From an uncultured Chloroflexia bacterium (GTDB lineage Bacteria; Chloroflexota; UBA6077; JACCZL01): a stretch of DNA of 64,000 bases. Position 1 is the stretch's first letter. Each line of letters opens with the position of its first letter. Positions 43,096 through 52,854 of the stretch are shown one piece after another. The notes under the pieces were generated by a model, which had not been told where the DNA came from, did no database searches, and saw nothing but the letters and a program-made list of their open reading frames with translations. Where the stretch lies: assembly GCA_963765765.1 (NCBI GenBank), contig CAVXYC010000014.1, positions 64,001 through 128,000 of the forward strand. Direction: 5' to 3'. A program made the position numbers and the translations under genes.

Positions 43096-43421
43096 CTGAG
43101 GGCAGCTGGCCGACCAGCGCCTCGTAGACCCGGAGCGCCGCGCTCCAGCCATGCCACTGCGCATACCCGGCGGCGTCGACGGTGCCGCGCCAGAGCCAGC
43201 AGCGCTCCGTCCGCTCGACGAGGTCCCAGAAGGTCTCCGGGAGCTCCGTGGGCCGCGGCCGCGCGCGCGGCCGGTCGCCGGTGCGGCAGAGCGCTGGTGG
43301 CGCACCCGGCGCCCCTACGGGCGGTGCGGCCTAGGCGCGTGCGCCAGCGCATGTAGTGCGCGTGACACCAGCCGCGGGCGTAGGGCGGACGCTCGCAACC
43401 GGAGATGGTGCACACGCGCAT
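43095..43421 (-). pseudogene. Phage-type HNH endonuclease N-terminal fragment
   Basis: CTISGCERPPYARGWCHAHYMRWR zinc-finger-like leader, then in another frame FWDLVERTERCWLWRGTVDAAGYAQ; the HNH core is cut off at the junction with the integrase. Confidence 0.7.
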
Positions 43422-43704
43422 GGTGCTTGGGGGACCCGCCTGAAGCAGGCGGCCATGGACGTGAACACCTCCAGCGGGTTCAGCAGCGGCTCGGCGTGGA
43501 CCAGCGAGGCGGCGAGAGGAGCGCCGGGAGCATGATGCGGCAATTTTACAGCCGGATGCTCGGACCCCGACTCGTCGTTTTCTACCCGTTCGAGTAGGCG
43601 AGAACGCTCGATAAGATAGTGGCTCCCGATGTGCCAGACGGCACACTGTCGCGGCGGCGGCTGTGCTATTGTCTTGACCGACGAAGGATTAGGTTATCGT
43701 CACA

Positions 43705-43769
43705 CGCGACTGCGCCGACCCGAGCGATCCGAACCGGCTCGACGCGGATAAGGACGGGTTGCCTGTGAG
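43705..43769 (+). pseudogene. Excalibur Ca-binding domain remnant
   Basis: Translates RDCADPSDPNRLDADKDGL, with (A)CE restored by one base; matches DxDxDGxxCE. Confidence 0.55.
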
Positions 43770-43906
43770 TTCAATCAGGTCCCGCGGGACCTGACTCCGG
43801 TACCCCGATGACCACCGATTGGGCTGTGCCGCGCCGGTGATGATCGTAGGTGCGAATGGGGGAAGTCGACGCTAAGCATCGCGTGTGGTACAGGAGGTAC
43901 AATTCG

Positions 43907-45591
43907 ATGACGCGCTTCCACATCGCCTCCCCCGGTTCAGTGACTCCGCGCAGGCTATGGATCGCGCTCGCCCTCTCCATCCTGATCGTCGCCGCTTCGC
44001 ATCTGTCTGCTCCTCTGACTGGAGCAGGCCCCTCAGAGCAAGGTGCGCCGCCTGCCGTAACGCTGCAGCAGGTCGTCGGTGGGTTGAGCCAGCCGCTCTA
44101 CGTCACCCACGCCGGCGACGGCAGCGGCCGACTCTTCGTCGTCGAGAAGGCCGGCAAGATCAAGATCGTCATCAACGGCCAGGTTCAGGCTACCCCATTC
44201 CTCGACATCGACCCGCTCGTCCACTCCGGGGGCTCCGAGCAGGGGCTGCTCGGGCTCGCCTTCCACCCAAGCTACCAAACCAACGGCCGCTTCTACGTCT
44301 TCTACACTGACGAGGCCAACCAGGACGACATCCTCTCCCGCTACCAGCGCGCCGGGGCCGACCCGACCAGGGCCGATCCGGCGAGCGGGCGGGTTCTGTT
44401 GCACATCGCAGATCCGTACAGCAACCACAACGGCGGGATGCTCGCGTTCGGCCCGGACGGCTACCTGTACGTCGGGACCGGCGACGGTGGCAGCTTCGGC
44501 GACCCCGAAAACCGCGCCCAGAGCCTGCAGGAGCTGCTCGGCAAGCTGCTGCGGCTGAACGTCGATCTGGCTGCCGATGTCGCACCGTACTACGAGATTC
44601 CGCCGTCCAACCCGTACGCCACTCGGACCGACGGGACCCGCCGCGAAATCTGGGCGTATGGTCTACGCAACCCCTGGCGCTTCAGCTTCGATCGGCAGAC
44701 CGGCGACCTCTGGCTCGGCGACGTCGGCCAGGGCGCGCGCGAGGAGATCAACCGCCAGCCCGCCGGGCAGCGGGGGCGGTCAGAACTACGGCTGGCGGAT
44801 CATGGAGGGCCTGAGCTGCTTCAGCCCGAGCAGCGGCTGCAATCAGAGCGGCCTGACGTTGCCGATCCAGGATTACGACCACAGTCTGGGCTGCTCGGTG
44901 ACTGGCGGCTACGTCTACCGGGGCGCGGCGGTCCCGGACCTGCGAGGGCACTACATCTTCGGCGACTACTGCTCCGGACGGATCTGGTCGCTCCGCCTGC
45001 AGGACGGCAATTGGGTCCGCACCGAGCTGCTCGACACCGGCTACGCCATCAGCTCGTTCGGCGAGGACGAGGCCGGCGAGCTCTACCTCACGGATTTGAG
45101 CGGCGGGTCTGTCTATCGGTTCGTCTCGGAGCAAGCCTGCGCCGTCGAGGCAGCTGGCGGCGAGCACCGCATCAGCCGATACCGACCGGCGGGGGCGCCT
45201 GGACCCGGCCCCCTTCCGCCGCCTGCGGGACGATGTCCTCAAGCGCACCGGGGGCGGGCAGCGCTACGTCCGCCTGTACGAGACCCACAGCCCGGAGATC
45301 GTCCGGCTGATGGCGAGTGACGCGGAGCTCCGCACGGCACTCCGCGATGGGCTGCTGCTGTGGCAGGCCGATCTGTCGGCGCTGGCCGACGGACGCGGCG
45401 GCAGTGCGACGATCGACGCCGAGCAGGTGCGGGCGGCCGAGGCGGTGCTGGACCGATTAGCGGCAAAAGGCAGTCCGGGGCTACGCCGGGCGATCGAGCA
45501 GGAGCGCCGGACGCACCCGCCCGCGAGCTTCGTGGGCAAGCCGCTCGACCGGGCGCTGGACGACCTCACGCGCGGGCAAGCGGAGCGCTGA
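43907..45591 (+). CDS. Secreted PQQ-dependent sugar dehydrogenase (GSDH) with a CFI-box-like C-terminal domain, frameshifts near 44770 and 45200-45260
   Basis: Signal peptide; EQGLLGLAFHP, NHNGG.LAFGPDGYLY, GLRNPWRFSFD, NYGW, SVTGGYVYRG, SSFGED..GELY; tail RRLRDDVLKRT..RYVRLYETHSPEI. Confidence 0.85.
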
Positions 45592-46065
45592 GACAGATAC
45601 ACCCTCGTTCCCTCCTTGGTACGAAGGAGGACACCGCTTAATCAGTGCAACGGCCTGTGCCGGTCCGCGTTCTCTTGCTCAAAGTAGTCCTGGCGCCTGA
45701 GCGCGACATACCCACAGACTATTGGGAGCCCAGCCGCGCCCCACACTATCGGGTCGTGGACGTGCCCGAACGTAAGCAGACTCATGACCGTCGTGAGCCC
45801 GAACACGGTGCTGCTACCCCACGATGAGGTCCACGCGCGGTGCAAGAATCGTGTGCGTGCCTACCTGACCCAGAACGCCCGCAACGTGCGTCGGCGGGAC
45901 TTCTGCTGGGGGGCTGCACGAGTTGCACTCCTGGTGCGGGAGTCTCCTGAACGGGCATGATCTGGATCGCGAGCGCCTCTTGCACCGACGCTGGCAGGGA
46001 CCCGGCGTGGCCGAGCGCCCATGAATCCCATTTCTCACATTGCTCGGCCGCCTGACGCTGATTCT

Positions 46066-46572
46066 TCAGCACGCGGATCGCCTCCTATTCCACACCATGC
46101 GCAACTGCTGGGCGAGACCATCGGCCGCAAGAGCCCTCTCGATGTGCCAGAGTCCTGTCGCGACCTCCTGGTCGTAGGGCTGCGTGCCGCGGTGATGGTC
46201 ATCCCGATGGTGCCGGATGAGCTTGCGAAACGATCCCCTGCCCACCTCCAACGCCTCTCGCAGCGCCGCTTCGCGGGCTTCGGCGGCCTCGGCACGATGC
46301 TGCTCTTGGGCGAACGTCGCGCGCTGCCTTGCCTGCGCCCCGACGAACTCGGCCCGGCGACGCGCCAGCTCGGCCCGAAGCTCATCCCGCTCTCCTTCGG
46401 CCCGGTCCGCTCGCTCGGTCGCCTGCTGCTGTCGCTCGATACACTCAGCCAGATCGTGAGCCGTGCTGCACCACCCCCAGTCGGGAGCCGATACGAGTCG
46501 TTCCATCGCGCGCCTCGATCCGCGGCCGGCTCGTCCCGGTCGATCCGGTAGAGCCCGGCCATCACTACGCAT
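46066..46572 (-). CDS. Phage-like coiled-coil hypothetical protein (possibly frameshifted)
   Basis: ERADRAEGERDELRAEL..RAEAAEAREAALREAL, inside the element. Confidence 0.45.
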   Translation of the reverse strand: MRSDGRALPDRPGRAGRGSRRAMERLVSAPDWGWCSTAHDLAECIERQQQATERADRAEGERDELRAELARRRAEFVGAQARQRATFAQEQHRAEAAEAREAALREALEVGRGSFRKLIRHHRDDHHRGTQPYDQEVATGLWHIERALAADGLAQQLRMVWNRRRSAC

Positions 46573-46793
46573 AGGTCGCCACCAGACCCCCGCGTTACCG
46601 GGAGCCCGCCGAGGGGAACCGCCGGCGCGAGCTCCGGCCCAACCGCCAGGCGAGCAAGGGCGCGCACGGCGGCCGCGGTTTCCGGAGCCCCACCACCCGC
46701 ATCGACGGCGCGGACATCGAACCGGCGTTCGTCGCCCAGGCCATTACCGCACACGCTGTCGGCCGTATCCGACGAGTTCTCGATCGAGCGGCC

Positions 46794-46836
46794 ATTTGTA
46801 GCGACCGATGTAGCAACCCCGCTGGACTGTAGCAAC
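46794..46836. repeat. Candidate integrase arm-type sites, right end
   Basis: TGTAGCGAC (46797), TGTAGCAAC (46809), TGTAGCAAC (46828). Confidence 0.7.
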
Positions 46837-46919
46837 ACTGGGCGGACTCAAAGGTTCAAATCCGCATACCTTCAAGTACGCAGCGGACTATTTTGGACGA
46901 CTACGGACACCCATCCATC

Positions 46920-46966
46920 GGACTCATAAGCCCTTGGTCGGGGGTTCAAATCCCTCCTCCGCCACC
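46920..46966 (+). repeat. att site: duplicated 3' part of the tRNA
   Basis: GGACTCATAAGCCCTTGGTCGGGGGTTCAAATCCCTCCTCCGCCACC, identical to 42391-42437. Confidence 0.97.
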
Positions 46967-46980
46967 TCATATTTGAGTTC

Positions 46981-47018
46981 AAAAAGCCCTGTCCGCATTG
47001 ACGCGGACAGGGCTTTTT
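46981..47018. terminator. Bidirectional intrinsic terminator
   Basis: AAAAAGCCCTGTCCGC-attgac-GCGGACAGGGCTTTTT. Confidence 0.85.
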
Positions 47019-47046
47019 GTTCGTTTGAGCCCAATAAATAGCCCAA

Positions 47047-47226
47047 TCAGGCTTGGCGAGCCATTCGGATGGCTGCCTGCATGCGCTCAGCCGCGTCGGC
47101 ACCTGGCCCGTCAACCGCATGGGTGTACAAGTCAGCCGTGATTGCGATCGTGCTGTGACCAAGGCACTCGGACACGGTCTTAAGGTCCACACCCGCCTTC
47201 CGCATTACGGTTGCGTGGCTGTGCCA
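47047..47226 (-). pseudogene. C-terminal remnant of a second tyrosine integrase (not in the ORF track)
   Basis: Manual translation HSHATVMRKAGVDLKTVSECLGHSTIAITADLYTHAVDGPGADAAERMQAAIRMARQA*. Confidence 0.85.
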
Positions 47227-47380
47227 ACCAGAGAACCCAGTCAGCCCGTCTGCCTTGTAGAGTATGCGCGCCGATGCTTATTCTGGAGGTGCTTGAGTTG
47301 GTGCTGCCGAGGGTGCTGGCTTGTGTGCGTCGTAGATGATGCTGGCTGCGATGCTCGTCACGACTGAAGTCACTACGTTT

Positions 47381-48373
47381 TCAACGCGCGGCAGGCGATG
47401 GCGCCTTGCTTGTTACACGCCGCGGCGCGGTTTCGATCACGCCTCCGAACGTGTCGCCGAAAACCGGCGGTTGGACGATCGGGCCAGGAGCGACCAGCGC
47501 GTTCGGCAGCTCATTGCTCTCCCAGCCCTCACTGGGGTCGGTGCTCATGTGCTCGAGGGAGATCTGCGGTGCGTGGACGAACGGGATCAGCATGTCGGTC
47601 TGACCGAACGAGGTATTCAGGCCGAATACGGCAAAGTAATCCGGCACCCAGACGTCGTCCGTGTGGATGGTCAAGGTAAACCAGCCGCCGTTGATGTCGG
47701 CACGGCTGAAAGGCGCCGGGAGCTTCGTCACATAGAAGTTCGCGCGACCCTGGCCCAGATCGCCCTGAGGCGTTTTCGGCAGCAGATAGCTCAGCATGAG
47801 CCGGCCCGGTACGCCGGCCGACAGAGTGACCGGCCCCTCGGTTCCCGTGTCTTCGAGAGGGACTGCTGGACCCGGACCGCCACCCGGGAAGAAGCCGGGG
47901 TACTGCTCGGTCGCCGCGATGACGATGATCCGGAGCGCGCGGCTGTTGACCGCCCCGGGCCCCACCGGCCGAAGGGCGAGCGTGGAGACGCCTTCACTCG
48001 AGTCGGTGCTCAGCCACGTGCCGTCCGAGGGGCTCGTGAACGGACTCGCGAGATCGAGCACCGCGCCGAGAGGAACCACCAGCTCGCGTGGCAGGCGGCC
48101 GGAGATCCCCCACGCGATGACGCTCTGGGGAGCCCAGGCATCGTCCCCGCTCGCGCGAAGCCGGAGCTCGAGAAGCTCCGAGTCGAGGGCGCGATTCTCC
48201 ACGTTGATGCGGTGGAGACCGGCGCGGCCGCGCGCGAAGTCGAAGTCACCGAGAGGGATCTGGAACAGGTCCTGGCCGGCGCGGCTGAACAGGAGCGCGG
48301 GAGGATCCGACGTGCCGGCGTCTTCTACGTTTCTGGTAAGAGTGGCGACGTAGAGCTCCGTGAGTCTCGGCAT
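47381..48373 (-). CDS. Hypothetical protein with two PLAT/LH2-like beta-sandwich repeats
   Basis: GGAGG RBS; repeat 1 T.NVEDAGT...GDDAWAPQSV...WLSTDSSEG, repeat 2 EDTGT...TDDVWVPDY...MSTDPSEG. Confidence 0.6.
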   Translation of the reverse strand: MPRLTELYVATLTRNVEDAGTSDPPALLFSRAGQDLFQIPLGDFDFARGRAGLHRINVENRALDSELLELRLRASGDDAWAPQSVIAWGISGRLPRELVVPLGAVLDLASPFTSPSDGTWLSTDSSEGVSTLALRPVGPGAVNSRALRIIVIAATEQYPGFFPGGGPGPAVPLEDTGTEGPVTLSAGVPGRLMLSYLLPKTPQGDLGQGRANFYVTKLPAPFSRADINGGWFTLTIHTDDVWVPDYFAVFGLNTSFGQTDMLIPFVHAPQISLEHMSTDPSEGWESNELPNALVAPGPIVQPPVFGDTFGGVIETAPRRVTSKAPSPAAR

Positions 48374-48881
48374 GAAACGTCCTCCGACTGCGCGAACCCG
48401 CTCCGACGACGTTCTGACAAACGTCGCCTGGACGGGCGGCCAGGCTTCACCACCGAACTCTCTCGAGTCCCGGCCCGACACGCGCAAGCATACACCTGGA
48501 TTACCTCCGGTTCCCACGCTCGCCGGCACAGTACTCGCCGAACGCATCGCGTTCAGCGCTCGAGGGAGTTGAATGATTTGACTGCGAGGTCGAGTCACGT
48601 CCACAGATGGCGACCGCAGCGCGTGACGATCGCCGTCCAGTCATGCAAGGGATAGGCGCCGGTGGGGGTGCGGGAATCGCGTGCTACTGCGAGAATGGCG
48701 GCGATGCGCTGGCCAAGCTGCGCCCCATTCTCGATCAAATTGAATTTGGTATGGGCAAGCTCAGACGCGAGCTCGGTCGGTAACGGCGCAGTAGAGTGGG
48801 GATCCTGCGCGAAGGTCGAAGCTCGGCCAATCCAGCCTGGCCACGAGTCATTAAATATCCCTGTACGACCGCCTCAGGGCC

Positions 48882-49220
48882 ATGCTGGAAGTGATGCTGC
48901 TGCCGATGATGGGGCGTGAGGATGCGGATCTTGTCCGCGAGTTCATGCGAGTGGTGCGTACTTGGGACGGCTTCGCGCTCCAGGTCACGATGGTGGTGTG
49001 GGTGAGCCCCAGCTACGCCGAGCTGGAGTGGAGGACGTATCGGACCTGGCGGCGAGTGCCCACGCCGGAGCGGCTCCAAGCGGCGCAGGAACGGGCGCTG
49101 CTGTCTCCGAGGTTCTTCCGCGCCTGCATGATGTGCGGCGAGCGCAACAACCGGGGCCATATGCACGACGCACGCGTTTGCCAGGGATGTGCCGAACGGC
49201 ACCTCGGCGTCGTGTACTGA
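48882..49220 (+). CDS. Small hypothetical protein with a C-terminal Zn-finger-like motif
   Basis: CMMC-x7-H..-CQGC..HLGVVY; start uncertain. Confidence 0.55.
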   Translation: MLEVMLLPMMGREDADLVREFMRVVRTWDGFALQVTMVVWVSPSYAELEWRTYRTWRRVPTPERLQAAQERALLSPRFFRACMMCGERNNRGHMHDARVCQGCAERHLGVVY

Positions 49221-49341
49221 TCTACGAGATTGATCTTTACCCGCAGCAATCACGAGCTCTCGGACTCTCTCCACCCGTCCGGGACGATAGACTCTCGTAC
49301 TGACGAGTCAAGACGAAGCATTTCGTTCAGTCCAAGATCGT

Positions 49342-49486
49342 CTAACTGCTCGCGATCGTATTTGACTGGACCTGCCCGACATTAACTTGGCGCGCCGAGC
49401 CGATGTTCAGGCTCGGTGCGGGCGACCGCCGTCGATCCTCCAGCGCCTTCAGGTTCCGTAGCATCATGCGGTTGGCCCGGTCGAAC
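49342..49486 (-). pseudogene. Gene remnant A (paralog of 52855-53076)
   Basis: FDRANRMMLRNLKALEDRRRSPAPSLNIGSARQVNVGQVQSN. Confidence 0.6.
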
Positions 49487-49809
49487 GTCAGTACCAGGTC
49501 GTCGAACCCAGCTCTCGCCTGGGCATTCAGGAGATCTTCAGGATCGGCTCTTGGCAGCTTCAGAACCCAGTGTCAGGCTGTGAGCGTCGTGCGCTCGGTT
49601 CTTCAAGGCCGCCGCGACACCGCCGCTCACCCCGAGGGAAGCCGCGTGGCCCGCCCCCTGCACAGACGATGCCGAGGAGTATCGCGAATGCCCGTCCTAG
49701 AAGAGAACGCCTACCAACGTGGCGCTGAGCTCCGCGAGGTGGATCCGATGCTTGTCTCGTGTCACTCCGCCACGTCCGGCCGAGGCGGTCTGCTGTGGCT
49801 GGCCTAACG

Positions 49810-50904
49810 ATGCGTCGGGCCGGCGCGCTCGTGCGACTCACGCTCGTGATGCTGGGCGCGCTCCTGGTGGGCGCGACACTCCGCGGCGATGCAGGGTTCG
49901 CGCAGGGTTCCAGCGCGCCCAGCACCGTCGGCCGCGCCGAAGCCGTCACCGCCGCGCAGGGCGCACCGCCACGCGCGCTCGACCGATCCCCGTATGCCGC
50001 GCTCCCCCAGACCGGTGGGAGCGTCTCGGATTCGGACCTTCAGTATGTCATCGCGGGTCTCGGATTGGTCGATCTGCCGGTCGTGAGCGTGCATGGGGGA
50101 CCCGCCAGCGGTCCAGGCGATACCGCCACGTCGACCGTCACGGCGCGCAACGTCAACCTGTTCGGCGGTCGCGTCCGCGCGGCGAACATCCGCGTCACCG
50201 CTCGCGCCGGCCTGCTCGATGGCCAGGTCAGTGTCGATGGCGATGCGGAGATCGAGGGACTGACAGTGGACAACGTCGCGTACCCGGCACCCGCGCCCAG
50301 CGAGGCGATCCCGCTGCCCGGCATCGGGACGCTGGTCGTTCGGGAAGTCCAGGTGACCGAGCTTGGACCCGGTGCGGCCAGCGTGGCGGTGCGGGCCCTG
50401 CATGTGGTCCCCGACAGCACCAGCGGACCACTCGGCACGAGCGAGCTGCTCGTGGGCGCGGCCACCGCCGGAGCGCCAGATATTGTCCTGAGTCCACCCA
50501 GCGTCCTGGCGGCCCGACAGGTCAGCACGCTGGAGCCGTACGTCGTGATCGACTCCCATGTGCCCAGTAGCTTCTCGAATGAGAACTTCGACGATGACGA
50601 CTTCGACGATGACGATTTCGAGAGCGACAATCAGACCACGGCGAGCAGTGCCGGATCGTTGCCAAGCAACGCCGGATCGTTGGCGAGCAGTGCCGGATCG
50701 TCCGGCACGCCCGGCGGCACGACCGCGAGTGGGTCGGTGGTCGTGACGGTCGTGGTGGTGGTGCAGACGCCCACATCGGAACGCTCGCCCACGGCCGCAC
50801 CGGCCCGCACGCCCACGGCCGCTCCCGAGCGCACTCCAACCCGCGCACCGGAGCGCTCCCCAACGTCCGCCCCCGAGCCCACGCGCCAGCGCGGTCAGCG
50901 GTGA
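49810..50904 (+). CDS. Secreted choice-of-anchor P-like protein with acidic and Pro/Thr repeat tail
   Basis: Signal peptide; VNLFGGRVRA, GLTV...PAP...IPLPGIGTLVV.E, VRALHV, ELLVGAA; tail NENFDDDDFDDDDFESDN, three 21-bp and four 24-bp tandem units. Confidence 0.65.
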   Translation: MRRAGALVRLTLVMLGALLVGATLRGDAGFAQGSSAPSTVGRAEAVTAAQGAPPRALDRSPYAALPQTGGSVSDSDLQYVIAGLGLVDLPVVSVHGGPASGPGDTATSTVTARNVNLFGGRVRAANIRVTARAGLLDGQVSVDGDAEIEGLTVDNVAYPAPAPSEAIPLPGIGTLVVREVQVTELGPGAASVAVRALHVVPDSTSGPLGTSELLVGAATAGAPDIVLSPPSVLAARQVSTLEPYVVIDSHVPSSFSNENFDDDDFDDDDFESDNQTTASSAGSLPSNAGSLASSAGSSGTPGGTTASGSVVVTVVVVVQTPTSERSPTAAPARTPTAAPERTPTRAPERSPTSAPEPTRQRGQR

Positions 50905-52085
50905 GGGAGCGCGATCCGCGGCTTTCAGGGGCGCTGCGAGTGCACAAACCACTCGCGGCCTTCAGCCCCCGAGCACGTGCTCGACCGGCACCACCGCAGG
51001 ACCAGGGCCCCCTGTTTACGAGACTCCGGCACCCGTGGTACAACAGCCCCGGCAGCCACCCCGCGGGCGCGCGTTCTGAATTCAGCTCGCCGTAAGGAGC
51101 CTCAGGCGACCACGGTGGCAATTCCGGAGGATTGATGGCAGATAGCTTAAGGGAGGACGTGGAGCAGGCGTTGCGACCCCCATCAGGAAGCGCTGAGACA
51201 GCAACACAATGGTGAGATCTACGCGGTGCAGCCGGTCTCAAGAGACCTTGTCAAGGTCGTGTGGAGTTACGGCGGCTCGCTTCTCCCGCAGGGCCTCACC
51301 GATTGTCGAGACATTCGGCGGGAGGCTGGCTTGCCGTCCCAGCGACGAAGCTGGGACACCGATAGCGCTCGAAGTGCGACGGAATAGTCATCCCTAGCGG
51401 ACTGACTGTGCCCCTGGACGAGTCGAGATCGTACGGGAAACTTGTGTTCGTTCGCCCTGGTCCCGCGGAGATGGGGTCTCGTGAAGGCTCGTGCTGTCCG
51501 CACCACCGTGTGTCGTCGATCGTGCCAAGTGACGATTCCGTAGTTCTTGCGAAACCCGATTTGCTCCACGGCGAACTGAGTCCTTCTGAGACCAGCACCT
51601 CACTCGAAGAGCCATTGTTCGGCCCAGCCACTAGGGCCCTGGTGCCAGACGATCGCTGCATCGCCGCCGGCGTCCTCGACGAGGACGCGCTTCCGCCCCG
51701 AAGGAATCGCGGCAACTTCCTCAACCGTGCTCATACCTCGCTCCGGTACCCGTGATGGCCCTGGAACGATACTCCTAGCCAGAGCGCCGGAGCGCGAAGC
51801 CGGATGGTTTCAGGGCGTCAGCGAGTGTTGACCCGTTTGTAGGGTCTTGAGGGCAGAAGTGGAGCTTACCGTCTGGGTATTCTGGCGATTGATGCCCGAG
51901 AACCCTCGATCCTCCCCGTTGGGGCTGCCGACGCCCGCCTCCAGGAGCTACTGACCGAAGAGCTCAGCTATGACCAGACGATCCAGCGCGAGGGAAATCT
52001 GAAGAGCTCGGCCCGCAAGGCTCAGGCGCGTGCGTCGCGGCGCCAGCGGGATGAGGCGACTCGCGAGTCCTGACCGTGGCCGACC

Positions 52086-52121
52086 AGAGAGCCCCGGAGT
52101 GGAGACACTCCGGGGCTCTCT
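52086..52121 (-). terminator. Terminator of the fasciclin gene
   Basis: AGAGAGCCCCGGAGTG-gaga-CACTCCGGGGCTCTCT. Confidence 0.75.
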
Positions 52122-52145
52122 CGTTCGAGGACCGAGAGTGAGTGG

Positions 52146-52708
52146 CTACTCGGGGTGCCGCTCCATCTCAGCTGCGCTCGTCGGCGGCAGCAGGACCGTG
52201 TCGATGACGTGGATCACGCCGTTGCTGGCCATGACATCGGCCATCGTGACGCTGGCGCTGGTTGATCTGCACGCCGCCGTCCATGCTCGCGCCGATCCGG
52301 AGCGGCTGCCCCTGGACGGTCCAGCGCCGACGTCAAGGGCCCACGTCGGCCGCGGTCACGCGCGCCCGGGACGACGTGGTACGTCAGCACGGCGCGGAGC
52401 TGATCCGGGTCGGCGAGCAGTGCATCGACGGTGCCGGCGGCAGCTTGGCGAACGCCTCGTCGGTCGGGCGCGAAGACGGTGAACGGGCCGCTGCCCTTGA
52501 GGGTGTCGACCAGGCCGGCGGCCTGGAGCGCGGTCGCCAGCGTGGTGAAGCTCCCGGCGGCCACGGCGGTGTCGACGATGTCCGACTGCATGGGCTGGGC
52601 CTCGACCGGGGCGCGGCCGGCCGCGGCGAGCAGGGCCGCGAGCGCGAGCGCCCGAGCGGCGGTCGACCACCCGGTGGTCGAGAGTGAACGGGTGAGTACG
52701 GTATGCAT
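52146..52708 (-). CDS. Secreted fasciclin (FAS1) domain protein, several frameshifts
   Basis: [46 protein letters not shown]. Confidence 0.85.
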
Positions 52709-52854
52709 TGGGGGCCTCCAGGCTCCTGTCATCTGCCTCTCCGGTGAGCGGCGATACCCGGACGATACGGCCCGGCGCCGCCGTTTCGGCCGACGAGCTC
52801 GACAAAAGGTGGACAGAATAGGGATGCCGAACAGGCCGGCCCGCGTCGTTCAGA

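Larger units (their letters stand above)
42391..46966. mobile_element. Decayed integrative element (prophage/IME remnant) in the tRNA 3' end
   Basis: Identical 47-bp direct repeats at 42391-42437 and 46920-46966; integrase remnant next to the tRNA; phage-like fragments inside. Confidence 0.92.

Noticed and set aside
46844-46863. GGACTCA..GGTTCAAATCC as an extra att fragment
   Set aside because: Only short discontinuous matches; could be chance.
46920-46966. Second tRNA gene
   Set aside because: Lacks the 5' acceptor strand and D arm; it is an att duplication.
50581-50880. CRISPR array
   Set aside because: Repeats are contiguous, in-frame coding units without unique spacers; no cas genes are visible anywhere in the window.
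50950-52060. Gene fragments between the choice-of-anchor and fasciclin genes
   Set aside because: Short protein-like pieces in several frames, but no motif I can assign.
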